Below, one piece after another: positions 47,791 to 57,684 of a stretch of DNA of 64,000 nucleotides. Source of the stretch: Balneolales bacterium. GTDB taxonomy: Bacteria; Bacteroidota; Rhodothermia; Balneolales; Natronogracilivirgulaceae. Every line of letters starts with the position of its first letter. Positions within the stretch are counted from its first letter, which is position 1. The stretch is taken from assembly GCA_007128425.1 (NCBI GenBank), contig SKXL01000093.1, positions 32,247 through 96,246 on the forward strand. The letters run 5' to 3'. The notes under the pieces were generated by a model. That model saw nothing but the letters and a program-made list of their open reading frames with translations. It had not been told where the DNA came from and did not search any database. The position numbers and the translations under genes were made by a program.

Positions 47791-49038
47791 TATGCGATCA
47801 TGCAATACTACGATTGCAAGCATGTGAAACCACAAGATCCCGGGCAGATGCAGCCAGGCACAACTTTTAGGCCATTTAAGGAATTTTCTGATCCACATCC
47901 GCTGAAGAAGCGGGAATACGGTTAATACAGCTGATAAGGTCATCATCTCGTATTGATACGCTGTTGCAAAAAGATCTGTAACAGCAAGCAGAAAAAAAAG
48001 AGGGGGAAGAACATAAAAAGCCAGGTGAAGCAGCCAGGCCATAAGGAATGGAATTAATTTATTTCCGAATCCAGCAAAGAAATTTTTACGGAAGCCGTTG
48101 AATATTTCAGAATGCGACTCATACATCCGGCACCAAAGACGATCCGTTCCATGGAACATTCGCATTACCTTGCCCGATCGGACCACCTGCTTTGCCAGAA
48201 TGACGTCCTCAACAATCTTGTCCTTGACCATTTCGTGACCGCCAGATGAGCGGTATGCATCACGGGTGAATATCATGCATTGCCCGCAGGCTGCAGCAAA
48301 CATGGGTTTTACTTTTTTTTTCAAAGTTTCTCCAGGTATCCAACGGGGAGACTGGTAGCTGTACAATGTGGGAAGATAGGTGATAATCGTTGAATAGACA
48401 GTTGAAATAATGGTTTTTTCTGATTTTGTTACCATTGTCTGATGAGGCCATACGGTTGCAAAGTCCAGCTGATATTGATGCAAACCACTGACGATTTCAC
48501 CAATGGCAGTTGGAGCCATCCATGTATCTGCATCCAGGAATACAAAAATGTCGCCGGTCGCATGTTGGGCGAGCTGGTGGCATGCCCAGTTTTTTCCAAG
48601 CCATCCATCAGGTTTATCCAACCCGGTGTGTACGGTTAAATCAAGATGGGATGCAGAGGCAAACTCTTCCGCCAGGAATTTCGTATTGTCTTCAGAATGA
48701 TCATCTAAAAGATGAATTTCCAATGATTGATAGGTTTGTTTACCGATGCTTTCGAGTAGTCTGATTATGTTTTTTTCCTCGTTTCGGGCGGGAATCAGTA
48801 CTGATATCTTTGAATAGCCAATTTTTTCTGTTTTTTTCGATTTAGCATGAACTGAATACCCATTTTCTCTTTCGCACTCATCAACGGAACACCTGAATCC
48901 CTTGCCAATATCAACCGGGTTTACTTCATTTAAAGATGCCAGCCCTATAAAATGCTTTTTGTTGTGTCGTATGATTAGGGTCGTAATTAAAAAGAAAATG
49001 AAAGCCAGGCCTGCAAGCGGCAACATAAATACCGTCAT
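47752..49038 (-). CDS. Membrane-bound family-2 glycosyltransferase (CrtQ/HpnB-like)
   Basis: VLIPARNEE, LLDDHSEDNT, PDGWLGKNWACHQ, FLDADT, VEDVILAK, flanked by N- and C-terminal TM helices. ATG at 49038 is preferred over TTG at 49047. Confidence 0.75.
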   Translation of the reverse strand: MTVFMLPLAGLAFIFFLITTLIIRHNKKHFIGLASLNEVNPVDIGKGFRCSVDECERENGYSVHAKSKKTEKIGYSKISVLIPARNEEKNIIRLLESIGKQTYQSLEIHLLDDHSEDNTKFLAEEFASASHLDLTVHTGLDKPDGWLGKNWACHQLAQHATGDIFVFLDADTWMAPTAIGEIVSGLHQYQLDFATVWPHQTMVTKSEKTIISTVYSTIITYLPTLYSYQSPRWIPGETLKKKVKPMFAAACGQCMIFTRDAYRSSGGHEMVKDKIVEDVILAKQVVRSGKVMRMFHGTDRLWCRMYESHSEIFNGFRKNFFAGFGNKLIPFLMAWLLHLAFYVLPPLFFLLAVTDLFATAYQYEMMTLSAVLTVFPLLQRMWIRKFLKWPKSCAWLHLPGILWFHMLAIVVLHDRILKTGGTWKGRPV

Positions 49039-49043
49039 TGCCG

Positions 49044-49496
49044 TCAATTGATTGTTTCGTTTCCTTTCAGAAAGAGAGACCGGTCAGAACCCAGATACTC
49101 ACTGTCAAAAATCATACCTGCAACCCAGTCTTTTACATCGGGAACATCTGTCAATTCACTATCCATGCGCAGCACTGCGTATTCTATAAGTTTTTCCATT
49201 CTTTTGGCGTCCAGAATACCAAGATAATAGAGTTCAAGCATGTACCCGTAAGCATTGGAGGTGATACGAGATCGTTCATTCGGGTGAAGTACTCTTGGTG
49301 ATGGGATATCCATTGAGTTGGGCTTTTTTTCATGCAGCTCGCCGATTTCATGTTTTTGCATCAGCCACGAGTATGCTGCACTAATTTCAGAATGGTTGTA
49401 CCCCCTCAGTTTATCCAGCTTGATATCTTTAAGCCGGGTTCCGATATGAACCCGCTTCACCAGATATATTATTAAATCCACTACGTTGTTTTGCAT
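49044..49496 (-). CDS. smg: DUF494 (Smg) family protein
   Basis: Collinear similarity to E. coli Smg as I recall it (VVDLIIYLVKR.., GYNHSEISAAYSWLMQ, PRVLHPNERSRITSNAYGYMLELYYLGILD..MEKLIEYAVLR..DVKDWVAGMIF). Confidence 0.7.
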   Translation of the reverse strand: MQNNVVDLIIYLVKRVHIGTRLKDIKLDKLRGYNHSEISAAYSWLMQKHEIGELHEKKPNSMDIPSPRVLHPNERSRITSNAYGYMLELYYLGILDAKRMEKLIEYAVLRMDSELTDVPDVKDWVAGMIFDSEYLGSDRSLFLKGNETIN

Positions 49497-49934
49497 TCAA
49501 GAATCCCTATAAAGCTTAATATACCTGTCCTCCAGAGAAGTCATTTCTCTTTTCTGGTTTACTGTACGATCATCGTAACCGATAAGATGTAACAATCCAT
49601 GAATTACCACACGAAGCACTTCCGTTTCGTATGCGGTTCCATATTCATCTGATTGACGTTTGATTTGTGGTCCGCAGCAAAACAGAGTTCCTTCGACTGA
49701 TATACTACTATCTCCATGATAAGTAAAAGTAATGATATCTGTAAGATAATCATGCCCCAGGTACTGACGATTCAAATCGAGAATTTTTTTTTCATCAACG
49801 AAAACCAGTTCCACATAGGAATAATTCCTGTTTTCATGCTTTTGCAGTATAACTATTGTTCGCTTGAGTTGTTCGGCAGAAAACGGTATTTCAATTCCGC
49901 TGTGGTTGTAAAACTGAAATGATTCGGAATGCAT
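49497..49934 (-). CDS. ybeY: rRNA maturation endoribonuclease YbeY
   Basis: Zinc motif HGLLHLIGYDD, and LTDIITF. ATG at 49934 is chosen. The ORF extends to 49997. Confidence 0.85.
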   Translation of the reverse strand: MHSESFQFYNHSGIEIPFSAEQLKRTIVILQKHENRNYSYVELVFVDEKKILDLNRQYLGHDYLTDIITFTYHGDSSISVEGTLFCCGPQIKRQSDEYGTAYETEVLRVVIHGLLHLIGYDDRTVNQKREMTSLEDRYIKLYRDS

Positions 49935-49968
49935 TGATAAAAAACGGTGGACGGATAAATGACCCGGG

Positions 49969-50424
49969 TCACTCATCATCAAAGTTGAAATCTTCAAAGT
50001 CGACGGACTCGGTCAAAGACAAAGCTACGCTGCACATCATTACCTCGGGAGGAAGTTTGGTGAAGTCGCCGCTGAGCAGTGATTCGTTGACATTTGCATA
50101 CAAACTGCATCCAGCCTCTTTTTCAACAATCAGACCGGATATTTTAGAACCATCTTTCCCGAAAAAAGTAATTTGATGGAGCAGCTCACTTGCCACAAAC
50201 GCGGTACAATTGTGGAGCTGCAAAAAGGTATCTTGAGTGTAAACCGATATGAGATTAGTTTTGTCGTCATCAATCTGCATCCCCATATGGATTTCAAGAG
50301 CCAACTTTCTTCCGGCCTCACGGTCAGTAATTTCAAAGCGGTAGACACTACCGCTTTTTTTAGGTTCGATACCTAGTATACCAGCGATATTGGAAATATT
50401 TTCCTCTGTAAATTTATGAATCAT
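49969..50424 (-). CDS. Hypothetical protein (acidic C-terminus), no family recognised
   Basis: ORF co-directional and tightly packed between DUF2723 and ybeY. ATG at 50424 avoids overlap with the upstream gene. There are no motifs. Confidence 0.4.
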   Translation of the reverse strand: MIHKFTEENISNIAGILGIEPKKSGSVYRFEITDREAGRKLALEIHMGMQIDDDKTNLISVYTQDTFLQLHNCTAFVASELLHQITFFGKDGSKISGLIVEKEAGCSLYANVNESLLSGDFTKLPPEVMMCSVALSLTESVDFEDFNFDDE

Positions 50425-50512
50425 TTCAGCATTAATTTGTGCAGTACGGTGACATAACTTTAATGCATGCAATTGAAATATAATGCAAGAGTTGGAATAT
50501 TGGTACTGATGA

Positions 50513-53476
50513 TTATTCTCCGAAAATTCTTCTGACTCTTTGTCTGTTTTCATTCCGATCCCTGGGGAAGGGCAGTCTTTGATCAGAAACTTCTGAAATG
50601 TAATCCGCTATGGCAAGGGCTTCGGACTCCATATCGTTCATGAAGAATATGCGCTGAATAATTATATATCTGCTGCTTTCGAATGACAACTCGCGCACCA
50701 GTTGTTGTCTCTCGCGGCTAAGGGTCGAAATGCGGTTTTGCAGTTCTCTTCTTCTGTTGGAGTCCAATCGTCTGCCGCCCTCTTCAATTCTGCGTTCGAG
50801 ACGATCGATCTCCTGCTCCAGTTTGCTCAAATCCTCAAGATATGTTTGAAAAGACAGATCCAGATCTCGTCTTGCCAGTGTAACAAGGTCAATAGCGCGA
50901 TCAGATACACCGGCCTGGGCATAGCGGTAAGCGTAGTTGAGGATCGAGGTAGGATCTCCTTCAATGGAAGTGAAAGGAATATTTTCCTCACCCCATGCAA
51001 GCCAGTAAGCGGCACTGTCTGGTTGATCACTTTGTAAAAAAGTTGCAGCCTGACGATTGATGACGGTGCGGTAGTTATCCATCATACGCCGGATGTTTTC
51101 GTCAAAATAGGCGTTTTCATTATTTATTTCTCTGAGGCGGAATGACTTGAGTCTCTTTCCATGAATCTCTGTGTCAGTCTCACTTCCGGTTTTAAAAGGC
51201 ATAACGCGAAATGCTTTGCCTTCAAGTCGGAAGTAATCCTGAAGATTCATCTGGGAATCTCGGGCAACGGTAGTGGAAAAATAAACAGGCCGCACCCAGC
51301 GGTTGGTTCTCAGAATTTCGAGCACCATATCGTCCTGGATACGGGTATAGAACATCTCGTTGCCATCACGGTCTCTGCCGAGAAAAACACCCTCCAGGTG
51401 CCAGGTGACTTCATCATCCAGCTGATCCATAGGAACTCCAAAGCCCATTTCATGAGGGATTTCTCTGGGAGCCCAATCAAAGTCCACTTCTCCGGCGTAA
51501 ACCGCTCTGAGAAACTCACGGTCAACAGGTATTGTGATATCACCAGGGCGGTGAAAGTCGGAAGCACGGCGGAAATTGAATTTGTCGTTAAGCCGATCCA
51601 CTTCTGAATCTGTGATATCGATCGGAACCGGAGGCGCCTCATGACTCCAAAGGTTTTTCATCTGTTTGATATACCACTCGGTATTCAAGAGGCTGAGATT
51701 GACAACGCGAACGTCTGTACGGATTCCTTCGACTTCTTGAAGATACCAAAGAGGGAAGGTGTCATTGTCGCCATTGGTGAACAGTATGGAGTAGGGTGCC
51801 GTGCTGTTCAACAGATTGTATGCATAGTCAGGGGCTACATAACGAAGGCTGCGGTCGTTGTTGCTGTAGGTCTGACTTCCGACCAAAACGGGCACGGCCA
51901 GTGTCGTTACGGCGAGAATTCCATATGCAGCGTACCGGTTCGATTTTAAGTAGTGTTTAACAAGTTCCATGAGACCAGTGGCACCGAGTCCTATCCAAAT
52001 CGAAAAGGCAAAAAAGGACCCGGTGTACGAGTAATCGCGTTCCCGGGGTTGAAATGGTGTCTGATTCAAATAGGCAACAATAGCAAGCCCGGTTGCCACA
52101 AACAGCACAAGCACTGCCAAGGCACGCTTCCAGTCCTTTCGAAAATGAAAAAACATTCCAATTATTCCGAGGGCAAACGGGAAAAAGAAAAATCTGTTGT
52201 GTGCCCGATTATGAGTGAGGTTGCTGTCACCGAAGCCGGAAATCCACCTGGCATCCTGTATGTCGCTATCACGTCCAATAAAGTTCCATGCAAAGTAGCG
52301 CAAATACATATGGTTGACCTGGTAACTCAGAAAAAAGTGCAGGTCGCTATTGAACTGAGCATATTTTTGCTGGTGACGCTGATCCGGAGAATGTCTTCTG
52401 GGTAACAGTTTGGGGTTTTCACGATCTATACTACCGATGGCATTATTATAACTGGCCCCTCGAAACAACGGTTGCTGCCCATATTGCTCGCGTTTGAGAT
52501 AGCTGATAAAGGAGTCTACGTTGTCCGGAGAGTTCTGGTCAATAGCAGGGTTGACCTGGGATCGGATGTAAATCATAGAGTAGCTGGAATACCCTATGAG
52601 AATTAGCATATAACCAAGCAGCACAATATTGGCCGTACGGTAATTTTTTTTATGCGTATAGTAAATGCCATATGCAATAAGACCGCTAAATATAATTAGA
52701 AAGGCCAGGGGACCAAGCATGCCACCCGTAAGTGCAGAAAAGTTGCCTGCAAAGGCGGGAAGCTGTATAATCGTAATCGGGTAAATCAAAAAAAAGATTC
52801 CGACAGAAATGGCAGAAGCGATTGCAAACGAACGAAGTGTGAATTCAAATTTCCTGAAGTAGATGATGAGTCCGACAAAAAACACGGCAAGCAGACTCAG
52901 CAAATGAACTCCGAATGCCAGGCCGAACAGAAACGTAATAAGCAGCAGCCAGCGTTCATTGCGTAAATTATGATGATGTTCCGACCATCTTAAAACAAGC
53001 CAGACCACCAGTGCCGTAAAGGTAAGTGAGAGGGCATAGGTTTCTGCTTCTATGGAAGTAAACCAGTGGCTGTCTGTAACTGAAAAGGTGAGGGCACCAA
53101 TGAGACCGCCGCCATACAAACCTATCCGGTCAATCAACGGGTACTGATCGACGTCATTTCCACGAAATTCACGTATGAATCGGACAATGATAAGATACAG
53201 AAGCATGATGGTTGTAGCTGAGGCCAGTGCACTCATCAAGTTGATCATATATGCGGCAGATGTTGGACCGGCAAACATGGAGAATACCCGACCCAGAAGC
53301 AGATAGAACGGAGTTCCGGGTGGATGGGGAATCTGGAGTCCATATGCACACGCAATACGCTCACTGCAATCCCAGAAACTTGCTGTTGGAGGCAGTGTCA
53401 GCAAGTAAAGGACCAATGCGATTAGAAAAGAAAATGCAGCAAAAGCCTTGTTTAACGATTTGTGGTCAGTCGGCAT
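50513..53476 (-). CDS. DUF2723 (TMEM260-like, GT-C fold) polytopic membrane protein
   Basis: The N-terminal signature LTLPPTASFWDCSERIACAYGLQIPHPPGTPFYLLLGR is typical of DUF2723. It has about 11+ TM helices followed by a large soluble C-terminal region ending in a coiled coil. Length is ~990 aa. Confidence 0.8.
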   Translation of the reverse strand: MPTDHKSLNKAFAAFSFLIALVLYLLTLPPTASFWDCSERIACAYGLQIPHPPGTPFYLLLGRVFSMFAGPTSAAYMINLMSALASATTIMLLYLIIVRFIREFRGNDVDQYPLIDRIGLYGGGLIGALTFSVTDSHWFTSIEAETYALSLTFTALVVWLVLRWSEHHHNLRNERWLLLITFLFGLAFGVHLLSLLAVFFVGLIIYFRKFEFTLRSFAIASAISVGIFFLIYPITIIQLPAFAGNFSALTGGMLGPLAFLIIFSGLIAYGIYYTHKKNYRTANIVLLGYMLILIGYSSYSMIYIRSQVNPAIDQNSPDNVDSFISYLKREQYGQQPLFRGASYNNAIGSIDRENPKLLPRRHSPDQRHQQKYAQFNSDLHFFLSYQVNHMYLRYFAWNFIGRDSDIQDARWISGFGDSNLTHNRAHNRFFFFPFALGIIGMFFHFRKDWKRALAVLVLFVATGLAIVAYLNQTPFQPRERDYSYTGSFFAFSIWIGLGATGLMELVKHYLKSNRYAAYGILAVTTLAVPVLVGSQTYSNNDRSLRYVAPDYAYNLLNSTAPYSILFTNGDNDTFPLWYLQEVEGIRTDVRVVNLSLLNTEWYIKQMKNLWSHEAPPVPIDITDSEVDRLNDKFNFRRASDFHRPGDITIPVDREFLRAVYAGEVDFDWAPREIPHEMGFGVPMDQLDDEVTWHLEGVFLGRDRDGNEMFYTRIQDDMVLEILRTNRWVRPVYFSTTVARDSQMNLQDYFRLEGKAFRVMPFKTGSETDTEIHGKRLKSFRLREINNENAYFDENIRRMMDNYRTVINRQAATFLQSDQPDSAAYWLAWGEENIPFTSIEGDPTSILNYAYRYAQAGVSDRAIDLVTLARRDLDLSFQTYLEDLSKLEQEIDRLERRIEEGGRRLDSNRRRELQNRISTLSRERQQLVRELSFESSRYIIIQRIFFMNDMESEALAIADYISEVSDQRLPFPRDRNENRQRVRRIFGE

Positions 53477-53589
53477 TTAACGGTTTTTTTGTAAAGAAGA
53501 GGAAATTTGCCAAAATTGAAGAATCTGTTATAAGTCAACAATAATAGGAAGAGCCGGCCCATTAATCAAAGGACATTTTTTCTCATATT

Positions 53590-56283
53590 ATGCAATTATC
53601 TAAGATTCAATCGATGGTTCACCATGTTCTTCACATGAGTAACAGAATCAGAAATAGTAACTCCGTGAACATACCAATCACTCACTCACGAATTTGTTGT
53701 TTCAAATCAGACTTCTCAATATTGAAAAACGTGAGCTTGGTGGTTGTTATTTTAGCTATAATGGCTGTTTCTTCCTGCGGCGCATTACGGAATGCCGAAC
53801 CGGTTGAACCCGTTACCATTCTGGAGGATTGGATCATACCACATGGGCCGGAACAGGTGCTCCGTGAACTGACCTGGGACCTGCACCACCAAAAGTTGCA
53901 TGTCAGATTTGATTTTGAGAAAGAGCAGGTCATTGGAACCACAGAAATGTTGTTTTCAAGCGAGAGAAGTCAGTCCGAACTGGTATTCGACGCCAAGACC
54001 ATGATGTTCGACTCAATTTATGATGTGCGGAGAGATCGTATTTTCGAGTATGTTCAGGACTCTGCAATTGTGACTGTGCATTTGGATCGCGAATACACAG
54101 CAGGGGATACCCTCGTTTTAGGCATTTCGTTTGTATCCGAGCCGCCCCAAAGAGGACTTTATTTTATAAACCCAAGGGGAGAGGATCCGGTTAAACCGAC
54201 GCAAATCTGGACCCTCGGTCAACCGGAAGACAACAGCTTCTGGTTTCCCACCATCGACCATCCCGCCGAGCGTACCACTCAGGAGACCTGGATCTCTGTG
54301 CCGGACCATTTTCAGACTTTATCTAACGGCCTTCTCATAGACAGCCGTATCCTGCCTGGTGACACACTGCGGACAGATTACTGGAGACTGCATCAGCCAC
54401 ATACACCTTATTTATTTGTTTTGGCTGTTGGCGAATACGAAATTACAGAGGATAAAAAGGGCGATATTCTTTATCGTTATTATATTGAGCCTGAATTTGC
54501 AGATTATGTAAGTGATATTTACAAAAATACTGATACTATGGTTCGTTTTATCGAGGAGGTGACGGGGGTATCTTATCCATGGGATCCGGTCTACGCACAG
54601 GCTCCAGTGCACGGTTTCATTGCCAGAGGAATGGAAAACACTACGGCAACACTGCTTTACGATGCCGTCCAATTTGACAAAAGGGCGGCCCAGGATCTAT
54701 CAAACCAGGATTTGATCATGCACGAGGTGGTACATCAGTGGTTTGGCAATTTAGTGACCTGCAAGGATTGGGCAAATCTGCCGCTAAACGAAGGTTTTGC
54801 AAACTATTTTGAATCAGCTTTTCGTCAATATGTTAACGGTCAGGATGAATATCTGTGGAAAAACCACAATGACCGGCTTCGGTATTTTGAGGAGGCCGGT
54901 CAGTACCGGCGCCCATTGATTTTTTCCCAGTATCAGATTCCGGAGGATATGTATGACCGTCATACCTATCAGAAAGGGGGACAGGTCCTGCGCATGCTTC
55001 ACGATTATCTTGGTGATACCCTGTGGTGGGAAGGAGTGAATTTGTGGCTTGAACGGCATGCCTTCGACGCCGTAGATGTTTTTGATCTTCAAAGTGTATT
55101 TCAGGATGTGAGCAATCGCGACCTTTCCTTTTTTATAGATCAATGGTTTCTGGAACCAGGTCACCCGTACCTTGAAATATCTCATCAGATATCAGGAAAC
55201 AGGGCGGTATTGAATATCAGCCAGATACACGATGCAGACCGTCAACCCATTTTTACACTTTACCCTGAAGTACTGATAGTATATGAGAATGGGGCGAAAC
55301 GGGAACGAATACGAATCGACAAGATTCGGAATGAATATCTTTTTAAAGCTGACGAGAATATTATTGACATTGTTGTAGACCCGGAAAGAGTACAACTTGC
55401 ACAATACTTCCGTGATATATCCGCGTCTACACTCTTCAATCGTCTGCAAAGTGAGCACATGCTGGTGCGTGCAGAGGCACTGTCCATGGCAGGTGATTTT
55501 ATTGAATATCGCAATATCCGAAAGCGTATCAGCGAAATGGCAAGAAATGATCCATTTTGGGGAATTCGACTCTCTGCCTACGATCTTGTAAGTGATTTTG
55601 CCGTCAAATTTGATCCGGATGTAGCCGTGAACTTGGCATTTCATGCTACCTATGAAAATGAACAACATTACCAGGTGAGACAGCGAGCATTGGATATTTT
55701 AAGAAATATGGAATTGCCAGTATCAGCTTACATGGAAGATGTGAAGCATCATGTGACAGTGATGATGGCGGATACCAGTTATTTTACTGCTGCATATGCA
55801 ATTGAAACGGCAGCTGAACTGTTTCCATACGATGTTGCAGAAATGGTTGAACCCTATGCAGGTATGGATTCCTACCAGGATGTAATAAAAAATGCAGCAG
55901 CTACGGCTTTGTCCGGATCATTAACCGTAACTCAGGATACAGTCTCATCAGACGATAAGCTTCTGCACCTGCTTCTTGGTTACGCTTCGGAACCTGGTGA
56001 CAAAGTATACAGCTATATTGCTTTATCAGGTTTGATTGAAAATGTGGAGATAATAAAAAAGGCAGAACAACCAGGAATCGCAAAATTATATGTCAATCGA
56101 TTAAATGATCCTTATCAAAGATTTCGACTGCTTGCACTTGAAGGTCTTTCCAGATATGGAACAGCAGAACATGTCGACTTGCTGAATGAACGACTTGAGA
56201 AGGATAATTTACAAAACGAGGAACGCAGAGCGCTGAAGGATGTCATAAGAGTGATCGAATACAATGCTCGCTTTGCAGATTAG
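53590..56283 (+). CDS. M1 family zinc aminopeptidase with C-terminal HEAT-like repeats
   Basis: Exopeptidase motif ARGMENTTA. Zinc site HEVVHQWFGNLVTCKDWANLPLNEGFANYFE (HEXXH-18-E). Lipoprotein-like AIMAVSSCG near the N-terminus. The exact start is uncertain. Confidence 0.9.
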   Translation: MQLSKIQSMVHHVLHMSNRIRNSNSVNIPITHSRICCFKSDFSILKNVSLVVVILAIMAVSSCGALRNAEPVEPVTILEDWIIPHGPEQVLRELTWDLHHQKLHVRFDFEKEQVIGTTEMLFSSERSQSELVFDAKTMMFDSIYDVRRDRIFEYVQDSAIVTVHLDREYTAGDTLVLGISFVSEPPQRGLYFINPRGEDPVKPTQIWTLGQPEDNSFWFPTIDHPAERTTQETWISVPDHFQTLSNGLLIDSRILPGDTLRTDYWRLHQPHTPYLFVLAVGEYEITEDKKGDILYRYYIEPEFADYVSDIYKNTDTMVRFIEEVTGVSYPWDPVYAQAPVHGFIARGMENTTATLLYDAVQFDKRAAQDLSNQDLIMHEVVHQWFGNLVTCKDWANLPLNEGFANYFESAFRQYVNGQDEYLWKNHNDRLRYFEEAGQYRRPLIFSQYQIPEDMYDRHTYQKGGQVLRMLHDYLGDTLWWEGVNLWLERHAFDAVDVFDLQSVFQDVSNRDLSFFIDQWFLEPGHPYLEISHQISGNRAVLNISQIHDADRQPIFTLYPEVLIVYENGAKRERIRIDKIRNEYLFKADENIIDIVVDPERVQLAQYFRDISASTLFNRLQSEHMLVRAEALSMAGDFIEYRNIRKRISEMARNDPFWGIRLSAYDLVSDFAVKFDPDVAVNLAFHATYENEQHYQVRQRALDILRNMELPVSAYMEDVKHHVTVMMADTSYFTAAYAIETAAELFPYDVAEMVEPYAGMDSYQDVIKNAAATALSGSLTVTQDTVSSDDKLLHLLLGYASEPGDKVYSYIALSGLIENVEIIKKAEQPGIAKLYVNRLNDPYQRFRLLALEGLSRYGTAEHVDLLNERLEKDNLQNEERRALKDVIRVIEYNARFAD

Positions 56284-56446
56284 AAATTAAATGGAGCAAA
56301 GATAATGAATCTTAGGTACAAGCAGTTATAATATGTCGCATAATTAATATTATGTAAAGTCATAGCGTCGTATAGTTATCATTCTATTTTTCACTATGAG
56401 TCTCGATCATTATGAAACATTCAGACATGTTCCACCCTGCTTGATA

Positions 56447-57094
56447 TCAAATGAACCAGGTTTCTCTGCTCTTTTGATGATCAAGCATATCATCTTCAAT
56501 ATTGTTTACGTAATTATATCCCACTGTGATTATAAGGATACCGCAAGCTGTCAACAGTTCCCATGCATAAACCGGCATTGTAAATAGTGATCTTGGAAGC
56601 CAAAAAAGAACGAATGTCACAAGAAAAAAAAGCACACCGACCAGTACGTATCCGTATGCACTGTTTTGATTTGCTTTGTAACCAAATATCATTAGACTGA
56701 TAAACAGTGCACTTCCCTGGTAAAGAGCGACAGCCCAGAGTTTCACTACAACCGTATCCAGGATCAAGGGGTATATTAAAATTAATGTCAGTGGCAGGAA
56801 CGTTAAGCCCCTTGGAAATCTGGAAAAAACAGGTTTAAAATCACGAATCAAAGCTGCTGCCGCACTCAGAAGAAATGAAACAGAAAAAACCGATGCCCAT
56901 TCATCAATAAAATTTGGATCCAGAATCGGGAAAAAAGTTGCCAGCAGATCAGAAATCCCGATAATCGCCAGAAAGACCGCAGTTGTTCCCAGACAAAAAT
57001 GTATTATTTTCCGACTGTCGGAATACATCCTGTAAAAGTTCACAGTCGCATAAAATGAAACAATAAATAGTACAATACCTGAAAATCCCGCCAT
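56447..57094 (-). CDS. Hypothetical polytopic membrane protein (~6 TM)
   Basis: Hydrophobic helices throughout. No motif recognised. Confidence 0.5.
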   Translation of the reverse strand: MAGFSGIVLFIVSFYATVNFYRMYSDSRKIIHFCLGTTAVFLAIIGISDLLATFFPILDPNFIDEWASVFSVSFLLSAAAALIRDFKPVFSRFPRGLTFLPLTLILIYPLILDTVVVKLWAVALYQGSALFISLMIFGYKANQNSAYGYVLVGVLFFLVTFVLFWLPRSLFTMPVYAWELLTACGILIITVGYNYVNNIEDDMLDHQKSRETWFI

Positions 57095-57117
57095 TATTTT
57101 AATCTAAATAATTATAA

Positions 57118-57615
57118 CTATTTGTTGTAAGCTGAATGATCTGAATCAAGAGCAAGAGTTCTTTCGGCAATTAGCTTAAGCTGTTTTCTATCGAATAACA
57201 CCATGTCTGTGAGTATCTCTTCAATCGTGGTTATCCCCTCTTCCATATAAACTTTCCTTTTTAAATCATCTGGTTGTAAAGCCATCATCATCTCCAGGAG
57301 CTCTTTACGTGCGTTCTTAATCATATCAAGTAGATCTATAACATCTTCAGGATTCTTGTCTTGATTTTGTAGCTCAAAATTCCTTGTAATCGAAAGATGC
57401 AAATCCCCTTTATGTTCCAAAGCGGATTTTATAACGGGCTTGTAAAACGATTCACACGCCACTCCAATTTTTCTGATCATATCGCATATTGACTCCTGTT
57501 CCAGTGGTTTGTCCAGACAAGGAACAATGGAAATCATGCCTTTAAGCAACTCAAGCTCGTCCTGCAGCCAGGCAGCATCTTCAACAAGCTTCTTGTAATT
57601 GATATGTTTCAGCAT
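57118..57615 (-). CDS. Hypothetical helical protein
   Basis: A 165-aa ORF 23 nt upstream of, and co-directional with, the membrane protein. Composition predicts it is helical. There is no confident family assignment. Confidence 0.45.
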   Translation of the reverse strand: MLKHINYKKLVEDAAWLQDELELLKGMISIVPCLDKPLEQESICDMIRKIGVACESFYKPVIKSALEHKGDLHLSITRNFELQNQDKNPEDVIDLLDMIKNARKELLEMMMALQPDDLKRKVYMEEGITTIEEILTDMVLFDRKQLKLIAERTLALDSDHSAYNK

Positions 57616-57684
57616 ATACGCTATCGACTTAGAGCTTTAATAACTAAAAGCATTATGAACTTTTTCGACATTGGCCGAGTAAAA

